From Thermoplasmata archaeon (GTDB lineage Archaea; Thermoplasmatota; Thermoplasmata; Lutacidiplasmatales; UBA184), in contig JASHPY010000122.1 in the NCBI GenBank assembly GCA_030037855.1, positions 1-49,299 of the forward strand: a DNA stretch of 49,299 nt. Reading direction: 5' to 3'. Below are positions 33,974-43,014 of the stretch, in pieces. A model generated the notes under the pieces. The model was given only the letters and a program-made list of their open reading frames with translations, did not search any database and was not told the DNA's origin. Both the position numbers and the translations under genes were made by a program. Each line of letters starts with the position of its first letter. The first letter of the stretch is position 1.

Positions 33974-35472
33974 AGTACGACGAGCTGTTCGCACTCCTGC
34001 GTCGCCGGGGGGTCCTCTGGCCGTCAGCGGAGATCTACGGCGGGGCGCAGGGACTCTACGACTACGGGCCGCTCGGAGCCGCGCTGAAGCGTCGGGTCGA
34101 GGAGGCGTGGGCGGCCTGGTTCCTCGGACTCTCGCCCGACTACCACCGGATCGAGCCCGCGGAGATCCTGCCGGAGGCCGTCGTCCGCGCCTCGGGTCAC
34201 CTCGAGAACTTCACCGATCCCGAGATCGTCTGCGAGCAGTGCCACGCGGCGTTCCGGGCCGACACGATCCTCGAGAAGGTCCGTCCCGAGGGCGTCGACG
34301 GGCTCACCCCGACCGAGATCGCCGAGGTCGTCTCCACACACCAGCTCCGCTGCCCGAACTGCGGGTCCCGGGCCCTCGGCGTGCCCCGTGCGTTCAACAT
34401 GATGTTCGGGGTCGATTTCGGGGTCACCGGGCGCGAGCGGGCGTACCTTCAGCCCGAGACCGCTCAGGCGAGCTACCTTTCGTTCGCCCGCATGTGGGAC
34501 GTCGGACGCAAGGCGCTGCCGCTCGGGATCGCGGTCGTGGGCAAGGCCTACCGCAACGAGATCGCGCCCCGCCAGGTACTGTTCCGCATGCGCGCGTTCA
34601 CTCAGGCGGAGCTTCAGATCTTCTTCGACCCGGCCCACTTCGACCTTCCGTTCGACCGGGTGCGGGACGAGTCGCTCCCGGTGCTGCGGGTGCCGCGCCG
34701 CGAGGCCGGAGAGGAGTCGCCCGAGTGGGTCCGCGCGTCGGAGCTCGTCGCTCCGGGCGGGCTCCCCGAGTTCTACGTGTACCATCTCGCGCACACCTAC
34801 CGGTTCTACCGGGACGTGCTGAAGTACCCGATCGACCGGATCCGACTGTTCGAAAAGTCGGACGCCGAGCGCGCGTTCTACAACCGCATCCAGTTCGACG
34901 TGGAAGTCCAGCTCGACAGCCTGCACGGGTTCAAGGAGCTCGGGGCGGTGCACTATCGCGGCGACTACGACCTCGGCCGCCACAGCCAGGGGTCGGGTCG
35001 AGACCTCTCGGTGACGCTCACGAGCGGGGAGAAGGTGCTTCCGCACGTTCTCGAGCTCACGTTCGGGGTCGACCGGAACGTCTGGGCCCTCGCCGACACG
35101 CACCTCTCGAAGGACGGGGAGCGGACCGTCTGGCGGCTCCCCCCGTACCTCGCGCCGGTCCCGGTGGGGGTCTTCCCGCTGATGCCGAAGCACCACTCGG
35201 AGTACGCGCTCCGCCTCGCGGACGACCTCGAGCGGGCCGGCGTGGCCGCGCGCTTCGACGACGCGGGCACGATCGGGAAACGTTACGCCCGGATGGACGA
35301 GGCCGGTACGCCGTACTGCGTGACGGTCGACGGACAGACGCTCGACGGCGACGCGCGGGACACGGTGACGCTCCGAGACCGGGACTCGAAGGCGCAGGAA
35401 CGCGTCCGGGCGGCGGACCTCGCCGGGCGCCTCGGTCCGACCCTCCGCCCTCCGAGGCCGCCGCGGGCGTAG
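33970..35472 (+). CDS. glyS: Glycine--tRNA ligase (archaeal/eukaryal alpha2 type)
   Basis: The sequence LLRRRGVLWPSAEIYGGAQGLYDYGPLGAALKRRVE is present. The motif FRNEISPR appears here as YRNEIAPRQ. The GTG start overlaps the upstream stop (GTGA). Confidence 0.9.
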   Translation: MKYDELFALLRRRGVLWPSAEIYGGAQGLYDYGPLGAALKRRVEEAWAAWFLGLSPDYHRIEPAEILPEAVVRASGHLENFTDPEIVCEQCHAAFRADTILEKVRPEGVDGLTPTEIAEVVSTHQLRCPNCGSRALGVPRAFNMMFGVDFGVTGRERAYLQPETAQASYLSFARMWDVGRKALPLGIAVVGKAYRNEIAPRQVLFRMRAFTQAELQIFFDPAHFDLPFDRVRDESLPVLRVPRREAGEESPEWVRASELVAPGGLPEFYVYHLAHTYRFYRDVLKYPIDRIRLFEKSDAERAFYNRIQFDVEVQLDSLHGFKELGAVHYRGDYDLGRHSQGSGRDLSVTLTSGEKVLPHVLELTFGVDRNVWALADTHLSKDGERTVWRLPPYLAPVPVGVFPLMPKHHSEYALRLADDLERAGVAARFDDAGTIGKRYARMDEAGTPYCVTVDGQTLDGDARDTVTLRDRDSKAQERVRAADLAGRLGPTLRPPRPPRA

Positions 35473-35534
35473 CGGTTCGGCCCGTCCCGAGCGAGGAACA
35501 ACGGATATACCCCGAAACCCCTAGTCGGCGGCAG

Positions 35535-36155
35535 ATGGCGACCGGCGGCGCCCCTCCTCCCCCCCCGAGCGGGGGTTCGAGCCCTCTGTTCCATCGCCAG
35601 TCGCGCTGGCTCGGTCAAGGCTACGCCGACATCACGAAGCTTCGCGAACTCGCAGCGAAGCACGACCGGGCGGCCGGACGGAACAACCAGCGGGCCTCGC
35701 GGATCAACACCAAGATCGAGAAGCTCCGCCACCAGTCGACCCTCCTGCGCGAGAAGGCCCAGCGGGTGCTCGCGGAGATCCCCGAGATCGAGCAGCAGAT
35801 GAAGCAGCACGAGCGGGACATCGAAGCCGGCACGAACCGGGCGGGCGGGGCTCCGGTGGGCTCGGACGTCACGAGCCTTCACTACAAGGTCCGCAAACTG
35901 CAGCAGAAGATCGTGGACAAGCAGCAGAAGGCGCGGACGCTCGAGCATCGGGCCGCGATGAAGACCCAGAAGACCGCCGAGCTCAAGGTGAAGGTCGACC
36001 GGTATCTCGAAGCGGCCCGACTCCAGGAGCAGGAGGCCCTCGCCTATCGACAGCGTGCCGACCGACTTCAGATGATCACCGAGACCGACGTCGCGTCGAA
36101 TCTGAAGGCGAGTGCCGCGCCCCGCGCGGCGGACGACGGTTCCCGGTCGCCATGA
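35535..36155 (+). CDS. Hypothetical coiled-coil protein (Lys/Gln/Glu/Arg-rich)
   Basis: The 206-aa protein has a Pro/Gly-rich N-terminus followed by long heptad-like helices (KIEKLRHQSTLLREKAQRVLAEIPEIEQQMKQHERDIE, KVRKLQQKIVDKQQKARTLEH...). Its composition differs from the shadow ORFs. Its stop overlaps the next ATG (ATGA). Confidence 0.6.
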   Translation: MATGGAPPPPPSGGSSPLFHRQSRWLGQGYADITKLRELAAKHDRAAGRNNQRASRINTKIEKLRHQSTLLREKAQRVLAEIPEIEQQMKQHERDIEAGTNRAGGAPVGSDVTSLHYKVRKLQQKIVDKQQKARTLEHRAAMKTQKTAELKVKVDRYLEAARLQEQEALAYRQRADRLQMITETDVASNLKASAAPRAADDGSRSP

Positions 36156-36694
36156 AACTGATCGTCACGGTCGGAATGCCCGGCTCGGGCAAGGACGAGC
36201 TGGTCGCCGTCGCGCACTCGATGGGCCTCGCGACCCTCAAGATGGGCGACCTCGTCCGCGACGAGACCCGGCGCCGGGGCCTTCCGCTCACGAACCAGAA
36301 CGTCGGGCGGGTCGCCTCCGAGGAGCGGGACAAGCACGGCCCCGGCATCTGGGCGCAGCGCGCGCTGCCGAAGCTCACCGAGACCCGCATGCTCGTCGAC
36401 GGCTGCCGGTCGGACAGCGAGGTCTCGGTCTTCCGTCACAACTTCGGCGACCTGTTCGTCCTCGGGATCTTCGCTTCGCCCGAGACCCGCCACGACCGGC
36501 TCGCGTCGCGCCACCGGAGCGACGACGTCGACCTGCAGGACTTCTACGACCGGGACCGACGGGAGCTCAAGTGGGGCATCGGGAACGCCTTCGCGCTCGC
36601 CGACGGGATGCTGGTCAACGAAGGGACCCTCGACGAGTTCCGCCGGAACGCCCGGTCGGTCCTCGAGCGGGTGCTCCGACGCGACGACGACTAG
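36152..36694 (+). CDS. P-loop nucleotide kinase-like protein (archaeal UPF0200/dephospho-CoA-kinase-like AAA family)
   Basis: The P-loop is VTVGMPGSGKDE. Length is 180 aa. The overall layout resembles small archaeal AMP/CMP-kinase-related proteins. Confidence 0.75.
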   Translation: MKLIVTVGMPGSGKDELVAVAHSMGLATLKMGDLVRDETRRRGLPLTNQNVGRVASEERDKHGPGIWAQRALPKLTETRMLVDGCRSDSEVSVFRHNFGDLFVLGIFASPETRHDRLASRHRSDDVDLQDFYDRDRRELKWGIGNAFALADGMLVNEGTLDEFRRNARSVLERVLRRDDD

Positions 36695-37344
36695 TCCTCG
36701 CCGATCGGCTCTCGGGCCGAGCCGGCGAGCAACTCTCGGACGCCGTCGAACCGCTCCCGGTCGACGATCAGCGCGACCCGCGAGCGGCTCTGGCCGATCC
36801 GCTGGGTGCCCCGGACGAGGTGGCGGTCCCGCGCGCGGGCGAAGTCGCGCGACCCCCGGCCCCCGGCGACCTCTTCGTCCCACTCGATCGCGAACTCATC
36901 GGCCGTCGACGGGGTCGGCGGCTTCCGCGAGACGGCCCGCTCCCGCACCGTGCGGCGGACGAGTTCGAGGTAGCCGATGTTCTCGGTGAACAGCCGCGCG
37001 GTCCGGTCGTCGCTCGGGTCGAGCGGCTCGACCGCCACGTCGCGGCCCGCGGACCACCGAAGGAACTCGACCCAGATCGGGTTCGGCACGCGCGCCTCGC
37101 CGAAACGGCAGAGGCCGCGGACCTCGCTCGTCTCGATCGTGGTCAGCGGTACGAGCGGGTCGGCCTCCGACTCGACGAAGTAGCGTCGCAGGGAGCCGAG
37201 CTCTTCGAGCGAGAGGCCGAGCCCCACGACCTCGGGGCCGAACGACTCGAGCGCGGCGAGCACCGGCCCGACCTCCGCCACGAGCCCCCGGACCGGCGCG
37301 AGCAGGAGGACGTCCGCCCCGGCGCGGAGGCGCTCGGACTTCAC
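36691..37344 (-). CDS. Hypothetical protein, possibly a degenerate TraB/GumN-like fold
   Basis: The 217-aa protein has an N-terminal strand-helix-strand pattern: VLLLAPVRGLVAEVGPVLAALESFGPEVVGLGL. This parallels TraB (GTAHVS...PD.V.VEL) but lacks the GTAH residues. It is coupled to the upstream HTH gene by a 4-nt overlap. Confidence 0.5.
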   Translation of the reverse strand: MKSERLRAGADVLLLAPVRGLVAEVGPVLAALESFGPEVVGLGLSLEELGSLRRYFVESEADPLVPLTTIETSEVRGLCRFGEARVPNPIWVEFLRWSAGRDVAVEPLDPSDDRTARLFTENIGYLELVRRTVRERAVSRKPPTPSTADEFAIEWDEEVAGGRGSRDFARARDRHLVRGTQRIGQSRSRVALIVDRERFDGVRELLAGSAREPIGED

Positions 37345-38336
37345 GGGCCTTCGCGCTCCGACAGCTCCTCGATCAGATCGTCCCGGTCCCGGTGGCGTTT
37401 CAACTCGGAGACGTTCAGGATCGGCAGCCCGAGGATCGACGGGCGGTGCACCGACTCGGGGACCACGAACATCGCGTGGCCCTCGGCGACGCGTGCGAGT
37501 CCGTGGAGGATCTCGGCCCGGTGGAGCGCGGCCCGCAGGCTCCCGACCGAGGCGAGCAGGATCTCGGGGGTGCGGGTGAACGCGTCGAACGGGGCGCGGA
37601 CGGTCACGACGACCTCGAGCCCCATGTCGTCGAGCTGGTCGAGCACGCCGTCGCGGAGCGGGTCCCCCGTGCGCGCGCGCGCGCGGGGAGCGCCCTTCGC
37701 TCCGGGCGCCGCCGGGCGGTCCGCGGCGCCCCCGGGTCCGGGGCGGCGGGCGGGACGTTCGAACAGCTCGATCGGGCGAACGATCGGTTCACCGAAGAAT
37801 GACTCGATCCGCTCGATCACGCCGAGCTCGGCCCCGGCGCCTTCCTCGTACAGCTGGATCGCGCGACGCGAGACCCCGGCGACTCCCGCGAGCGTTCCGA
37901 GCGAGAGCCCGCGCGCTTGACGGAGCAGTCGGAGTCGGACGCCGTCGACCCGGGCGAACGTGCCGCCCGGGCTCGCGTAAAGGAACGGCGGGAGCGCCTT
38001 GTCGAGGTACTCCTGCAGCGTCTCCTCGCTGACGATCGGTACCCCGTAGCGGGTGTAGACCACTCCCGGGTCGAGCTCCGAGGACCCGGACGTCTGCCCG
38101 ATCACGAGCGCGAGCGCGGGAAACAACCGCCCGAGCTCGAGGATCCGCGACGCCTCTTCGGCGTCGAGCGCGTCGATGTTCTTCAGCACCTTGATGAGCA
38201 AGAGCGTCGAGTCGCGGCGCGCGGCCAGGTCGAAGCTCGACGGACGGACGCCGTGCGTGTCCGCCACGTAGAACCCCGCGCGCTCGAGGACCTGCTGGAG
38301 ATGCTGGATCCAGCGCTCCCGCGAACGCGACGCCAT
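37341..38336 (-). CDS. Archaeal putative HTH (cro/C1-type) transcriptional regulator, COG1395-like
   Basis: The conserved N-terminal domain begins FYVADTHGVRPSSFDLAARRD..LLLIKVL. A central HTH reads LRQARGLSLGTLAGVAGVSRRAIQLYEEG. A C-terminal domain follows. An internal Pro/Ala/Gly/Arg low-complexity linker is present. Confidence 0.8.
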   Translation of the reverse strand: MASRSRERWIQHLQQVLERAGFYVADTHGVRPSSFDLAARRDSTLLLIKVLKNIDALDAEEASRILELGRLFPALALVIGQTSGSSELDPGVVYTRYGVPIVSEETLQEYLDKALPPFLYASPGGTFARVDGVRLRLLRQARGLSLGTLAGVAGVSRRAIQLYEEGAGAELGVIERIESFFGEPIVRPIELFERPARRPGPGGAADRPAAPGAKGAPRARARTGDPLRDGVLDQLDDMGLEVVVTVRAPFDAFTRTPEILLASVGSLRAALHRAEILHGLARVAEGHAMFVVPESVHRPSILGLPILNVSELKRHRDRDDLIEELSEREGP

Positions 38337-38460
38337 GACCCCCCCGATATCGAGAGTTCCCCCCTATTTGAAGTGGGTCCTTTTTTCTGACGGGCGGCCC
38401 GATAGGGAAACGGGCGCCCCCCGTGCGAAGCGTCTTGCCCCGGGGCCGGCTCGTGCGCGC

Positions 38461-39297
38461 ATGGACGTTCCGTTGCGTCCGATCCCGGACGCGCCGGCAC
38501 TCGTCCTGGGAGACGCGACCGGCGGTCGGGACCGGACCGTGATCGTCGCCGACCTGCACCTCGGCCTCGGCGGCACGCCCGAGCGACCGGGCGGGCCACC
38601 CGAGGCGTCGGACGAGGGGATGGCGGCCCGGCTGGTCGAACTCCTCGAGTCGACCCGCGCGCGCTCGCTCGTGATCGCCGGCGACGTGAAGCACCCGATC
38701 GTCGGTGCCCCACCCCCGCTACGGCCGGTGTTGTTCCGCTTCTTTTCGCATCTACTCCGGAAGGGGTACACGGTGGACGTCGTGCTCGGCAACCACGACG
38801 TGGGGCTCACCCGCCACCTTCCCCGAGAGGTCAACGTCCATCCACCGAGCGGCGTCGTGCGGGAGGGCGTCGGGATCTTCCACGGCCACCGATGGCCGTC
38901 GAACGCGGTGCTGCGCGCGCCCCGGCTCGTGGCCGGGCACCTCCACCCCGGATTCCGACTCGCCCCGACGACGGACGACCCCGCGGGGAAACGCCCCTGC
39001 TGGGTCCGCGTGGAGGTCGCGCCGCCACCGCCCACGCACGTTCGACGCCGACGGCGGCACGCCGAGCTCCGCGCCCGGGAGATCGTGATCGTTCCCCCCT
39101 TCAACCCTCTCTCGGGGATCGAAGCGCTGAACCGGCAGCGACCCGCCCGGGGCCGCTCGTTCCTCTTCGGACGGTTCCTCTCGCGGGGAGTCGCGCGCGC
39201 GTACCTGCTGGACGGCACCGACCTCGGCGTGATCCCTACGGATTCGCCGCCGCGCCGCGCGACCGGAGCGACGACGCGATCTCGCTCGGGTCAGTGA
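38461..39297 (+). CDS. Calcineurin-like metallophosphoesterase (COG1407-like)
   Basis: The motifs VIVADLHLG, IAGDVKH, LGNHD and FHGHRWP are present. The start is ATG M43 of the track ORF. Confidence 0.8.
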   Translation: MDVPLRPIPDAPALVLGDATGGRDRTVIVADLHLGLGGTPERPGGPPEASDEGMAARLVELLESTRARSLVIAGDVKHPIVGAPPPLRPVLFRFFSHLLRKGYTVDVVLGNHDVGLTRHLPREVNVHPPSGVVREGVGIFHGHRWPSNAVLRAPRLVAGHLHPGFRLAPTTDDPAGKRPCWVRVEVAPPPPTHVRRRRRHAELRAREIVIVPPFNPLSGIEALNRQRPARGRSFLFGRFLSRGVARAYLLDGTDLGVIPTDSPPRRATGATTRSRSGQ

Positions 39298-41353
39298 CCG
39301 GCGGCGCGCACGTCCGGCCGAAACAAACCAGCGCCCGTTCGGCGGTCGTACCGCTCGACATGGCGAGCTCTTCCGGAAGCGAGAACGGGGCCGGCGGCGT
39401 GCCGCGGAACAGCCAGACGTTCGGGTGCCAAGCACGCTGGGCGGCGCGAGCGAGCTCGTCGGCCCGCGGTCCCGTGCCCTCGATGACCACGGTCGCGGAC
39501 TCCGTCAAGGAGAGCCCGGCCGCCAGCGCGGAGCCGGACGCGAACAGCCCGGCGGCGCCGAGACGCGCCGCGACCGGAGCGAGGAGCCGGGAGGCCTTCT
39601 CTCGCCAGCGGTCGTCCTTCAGGAGGGATGCAAGCCGAAGGAACGCGAGCGCCGCCCCGGCGTTCGACGAGAGATGCGGGCTGTCCTCGAGCGGGTAGCT
39701 CGGCTCCGCGAGCGCGGGCAGCGGCGCCCCGTCGTAAAGCCGCGGAGCGACGTCTCGGAGTACCCCATCCTCGCCCCGGAACTCGCGGTCGACGAGCTCG
39801 AGGAGTCGGACCGCGGGCGCGACGTACGTTGGGTCGGCGGTCACCCCCGCCAGCTCGACGAGCCCCGCGGCGAAGGCGACCTGGTCCTCGAGGAGGCCGA
39901 ACCCCTTCGGCCCGGCCGAGTCGAGGTGATGAGCGATCCCCTGCTCCGGCCGATACGCCTCGCGAAGGAATCGGTCGGCCGCGCGTCGCGCCTCGGTCAA
40001 GATCGCCGAGTCGTTCAGGAACGACCCCGCTTTCGCGAGCGCTCCGATGAAGTGCCCGTTGATGTCCGAGTAGAGCGCCCGGTCGACGAGCGGGGTCGGT
40101 CGGCTCGCGCGGACCTCGCGGAGCCGCTCCACGACCCGCGCGAAGGTCGCGTCCGGCTCGGCCCCGAGCGACAGTCCGGCGGCCGCCTCTCCGGGCGGGA
40201 CCATCCGGTAGAGCACGTTCCGGTCCGGGTCATGATGCATGCGCCCGTCGGTGCCGACTCCGAAGCAGCGGGCCGCGAACCGGAACTCCTCCGGAGCGAG
40301 TGCGGCCTTCAGTTCCCCGCGGGTCCAGGTGAAGTAGTCCCCGTCGTCGCCCGGGGCGTTGTCGGCGTCCTGGCTCGCGCCGAATCCCCCCGCGGGGTCC
40401 CCGAGCACCCCCCGGACCCACCCGACGATGCCGCGCACGGTCTCCTCGAACCGCGGCTCGGAGAACCGCTGAGCCCCCTCGACGTAGGCCGCGAGCAGCG
40501 CCGCGTTGTCGACTCCCATCTTCTCGAAGTGGGGGATGTGCCAGCCCTCGTCGACGGAGTATCGGTGGAATCCTCCGCCCACCTGGTCGTACATCCCGCC
40601 GTCGGCCATCCGAAGGAGCGTGTCCCGGGCCCGGTCCGCGCTCGCGGGCGCTCCGTTCGCGAACGAGTCCCAGAGCAGGAACGATACCGCGGTCGGGTGG
40701 GGGAACTTAGGCGCCATCCCGAAGCCGGCGTGCACCGGGTCGTACGACGCCAGGATCGCGGCGCGAACCCCCGAGACGAACTCGGAGGTCGCCGGCACCG
40801 ACGACGCGCGTCGCTCGCGCATTCGCTCGAGCGCGTCGCGGACCCCGTCCGCGTTCTGCCGGATCCGCTCGGGCTCCTCCGTCCAGAGCCGCGCGACCTC
40901 CGCGAGCACCCGTCGGAACCCGGGCCGTCCGTGGCCGTCGGTCGGCGGGAAGTAGGTACCTCCGAGAAAGACCTCCCCGTCGGGCGTGAGGAAGCCGGTG
41001 AGCGGCCAGCCGCCCTCGCCGGTGAGCGCGTTCACCTGCCGCTGGTAGCGCCGGTCGACCTCGGGGTTTTCGTCCCGGTCGACCTTGACGGCGACGAAGT
41101 GCTGCCGGAGGAGGCGGGCGACCTCGCCGTCCGAGTACGTTCCCTCGTCCATCACGTGGCACCAGTGGCACCACGACGCGCCGATGTCGAGGAGGATCGG
41201 CCGGCCCGTGCGCTTCGCGAGCTCGAACGGCTCGGGGCCCCATGGGTGCCACTCGATCGGCTGCTCGGCCGCGCTGCGTAGGTAGGAGGAGGTCGACTTC
41301 GCGAGCCTCCAACCGCCCGTCGCCCCGGGTGCGTCGGACGACATGGTCGTCAC
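39236..41353 (-). CDS. Thioredoxin-domain protein of the DUF255/YyaL (SSP411-like) family
   Basis: The N-terminus reads IEWHPWGPEPFELAKRTGRPILLDIGASWCHWCHVM...VKVDRDE.PEVD. It is followed by a large alpha/alpha-barrel-like region. Length is 705 aa. Confidence 0.88.
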   Translation of the reverse strand: MTTMSSDAPGATGGWRLAKSTSSYLRSAAEQPIEWHPWGPEPFELAKRTGRPILLDIGASWCHWCHVMDEGTYSDGEVARLLRQHFVAVKVDRDENPEVDRRYQRQVNALTGEGGWPLTGFLTPDGEVFLGGTYFPPTDGHGRPGFRRVLAEVARLWTEEPERIRQNADGVRDALERMRERRASSVPATSEFVSGVRAAILASYDPVHAGFGMAPKFPHPTAVSFLLWDSFANGAPASADRARDTLLRMADGGMYDQVGGGFHRYSVDEGWHIPHFEKMGVDNAALLAAYVEGAQRFSEPRFEETVRGIVGWVRGVLGDPAGGFGASQDADNAPGDDGDYFTWTRGELKAALAPEEFRFAARCFGVGTDGRMHHDPDRNVLYRMVPPGEAAAGLSLGAEPDATFARVVERLREVRASRPTPLVDRALYSDINGHFIGALAKAGSFLNDSAILTEARRAADRFLREAYRPEQGIAHHLDSAGPKGFGLLEDQVAFAAGLVELAGVTADPTYVAPAVRLLELVDREFRGEDGVLRDVAPRLYDGAPLPALAEPSYPLEDSPHLSSNAGAALAFLRLASLLKDDRWREKASRLLAPVAARLGAAGLFASGSALAAGLSLTESATVVIEGTGPRADELARAAQRAWHPNVWLFRGTPPAPFSLPEELAMSSGTTAERALVCFGRTCAPPVTDPSEIASSLRSRGAAANP

Positions 41354-41458
41354 GGGCGATCGTCGCAGATAGTGTTGGCGTGCACGCCGCGCGGAGCTGA
41401 GTTGGGGGCAGGCACGCCACGTAATCCGCTGACGGACGCGTTACTGCCCTCGGTCTCG

Positions 41459-41466
41459 TTATAAAG
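41459..41466 (+). promoter_or_regulatory. Putative archaeal TATA box of the psmA-exosome superoperon
   Basis: TTATAAAG is an isolated AT-rich octamer in GC-rich DNA. It lies about 32-39 nt upstream of the psmA ATG (41498). Confidence 0.5.
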
Positions 41467-41497
41467 GGGACCCGAGTGCCCGCGCCGGGGCGCCCGG

Positions 41498-42253
41498 ATG
41501 GAGATGCAACCCGGCCAAATGGCCTACGACCGGGCGATCACCGTATTCTCTCCGGACGGCCGGCTGTTCCAGGTCGAGTACGCCCGGGAAGCGGTCCGCC
41601 GGGGGGCCACGACCGCGGGGGTCGTCTACTCCACCGGGGTCGTGCTCATCGCCGACCGCCGGATTCCGAACCCGAAGCTCGCCGAGGCGGCCAGCCTCGA
41701 GAAGATCCACCAGATCGACGAGAACATCGCGTGCGTCTCGGCCGGCCTCGTCGCCGATGCGCGCGTCCTCGTCGACTACGCGCGGCTCTCCGCGCAGATC
41801 AACCGCGTGACGTACGCCGAGCCGATGACGGTCGAGTTGCTCGTCCGCCGGATCTGCGACTACAAGCAGCAGTACACCCAGTTCGGCGGGGTCCGTCCGT
41901 TCGGGACCGCGCTCCTCGTCGGCGGATACGACGACGCGGGAGTGCACCTGTTCGAGACCGAACCGTCGGGCTCGCTCACGAGCTTCCGCGCCGCGAGCAC
42001 CGGCGGGAACAAGGGGCCGGTGATGGAGCTGTTCGAGCAGAAGTACCGCGCGGGCATGGACCGCGATACCGCGATCCTCTTGGCGCTCGAGGGCCTCCGC
42101 GCGGGGCTCGATGAGGGCGGAAGCCTCGCGCAGGTCGAAATCTGCACGGTCGAGGTCGGCGGCGGGATGACCCGGCTCTCCGCGGACGACATCCAGAAGT
42201 ACGTCGCCCGCCTCCCGGCGGCCGGTGGGTCGGGCCGGGCCGGTAAGTCCTAG
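41498..42253 (+). CDS. psmA: Proteasome subunit alpha
   Basis: The motif YDRAITVFSPDGRLFQVEYAREAV is present. Confidence 0.95.
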   Translation: MEMQPGQMAYDRAITVFSPDGRLFQVEYAREAVRRGATTAGVVYSTGVVLIADRRIPNPKLAEAASLEKIHQIDENIACVSAGLVADARVLVDYARLSAQINRVTYAEPMTVELLVRRICDYKQQYTQFGGVRPFGTALLVGGYDDAGVHLFETEPSGSLTSFRAASTGGNKGPVMELFEQKYRAGMDRDTAILLALEGLRAGLDEGGSLAQVEICTVEVGGGMTRLSADDIQKYVARLPAAGGSGRAGKS

Positions 42254-42282
42254 GCGCCCCCCGCGCGAGGGGACTCGCTCCG

Positions 42283-42978
42283 ATGGTGAAGGTCGAGGAC
42301 GCGGTGATCGCCCGCTGGGAGTCGGGCGGCTCGCGTTTCGAGGTTCTCGTCGATCCGGCGGCAGTTCAGGAGCTCAAGGACGGCAAGGACGTCGACCTCG
42401 CGGACAAGCTGGCGCTCGACCAGGTGTTCAAGGACGCCAAGCGGGGCGACAAGATCTCGGAGGAGCACCTCGAGAAGACGTTCCACACGCGCAACCTCGC
42501 GGCGATCGCGAAACAGATCGTGCTGAAGGGCGAGGTCCAGGTCACGACCGAGCAGCGTCACCAGCTCCAGGCCGCGAAGCTGCGTCAGATCGTGGCGACG
42601 ATCGCCCGGAACGCGATGAACCCGCAGACCGGCGCCCCCCATCCGCCGGCGCGGATCGAGGCGGCGATGGTCGAGGCGAAGGTGCACGTCGACCCGTTCC
42701 GACCGGTCGACGCGCAGGTGCAGGAAGTGATCCAGAAACTCCGCCCGCTCTTGCCGATCCGGCTCGACGTGGTGAAGGTCCGGGTCAAGCTCCCCGCGCA
42801 GCACTACCCCCGCGTCATCGGCGACCTCAAGGGACTGGGTCGCCTCCTGGACGAGCAGTGGCTCGGCGACGGGTCGTGGAGCGGAGTGCTCGAGATCCCC
42901 GCCGGCGTCCAGACGGAACTCTACGAGAAGCTGAACGCCCGCACGAAGGGCGCGGCCGAGACCGCTTTGGTTAAATAG
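42283..42978 (+). CDS. Ribosome maturation protein SBDS/Sdo1
   Basis: The sequence AVIARWESGGSRFEVLVDP...VFKDAKRGDKISEEHLEKTF matches the SBDS N-terminal domain. The gene sits in the conserved position after psmA. Confidence 0.9.
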   Translation: MVKVEDAVIARWESGGSRFEVLVDPAAVQELKDGKDVDLADKLALDQVFKDAKRGDKISEEHLEKTFHTRNLAAIAKQIVLKGEVQVTTEQRHQLQAAKLRQIVATIARNAMNPQTGAPHPPARIEAAMVEAKVHVDPFRPVDAQVQEVIQKLRPLLPIRLDVVKVRVKLPAQHYPRVIGDLKGLGRLLDEQWLGDGSWSGVLEIPAGVQTELYEKLNARTKGAAETALVK

Positions 42979-43014
42979 CCTACCTCCGTCGCGCGCCGCG
43001 GTGCAGCGAGAAAA

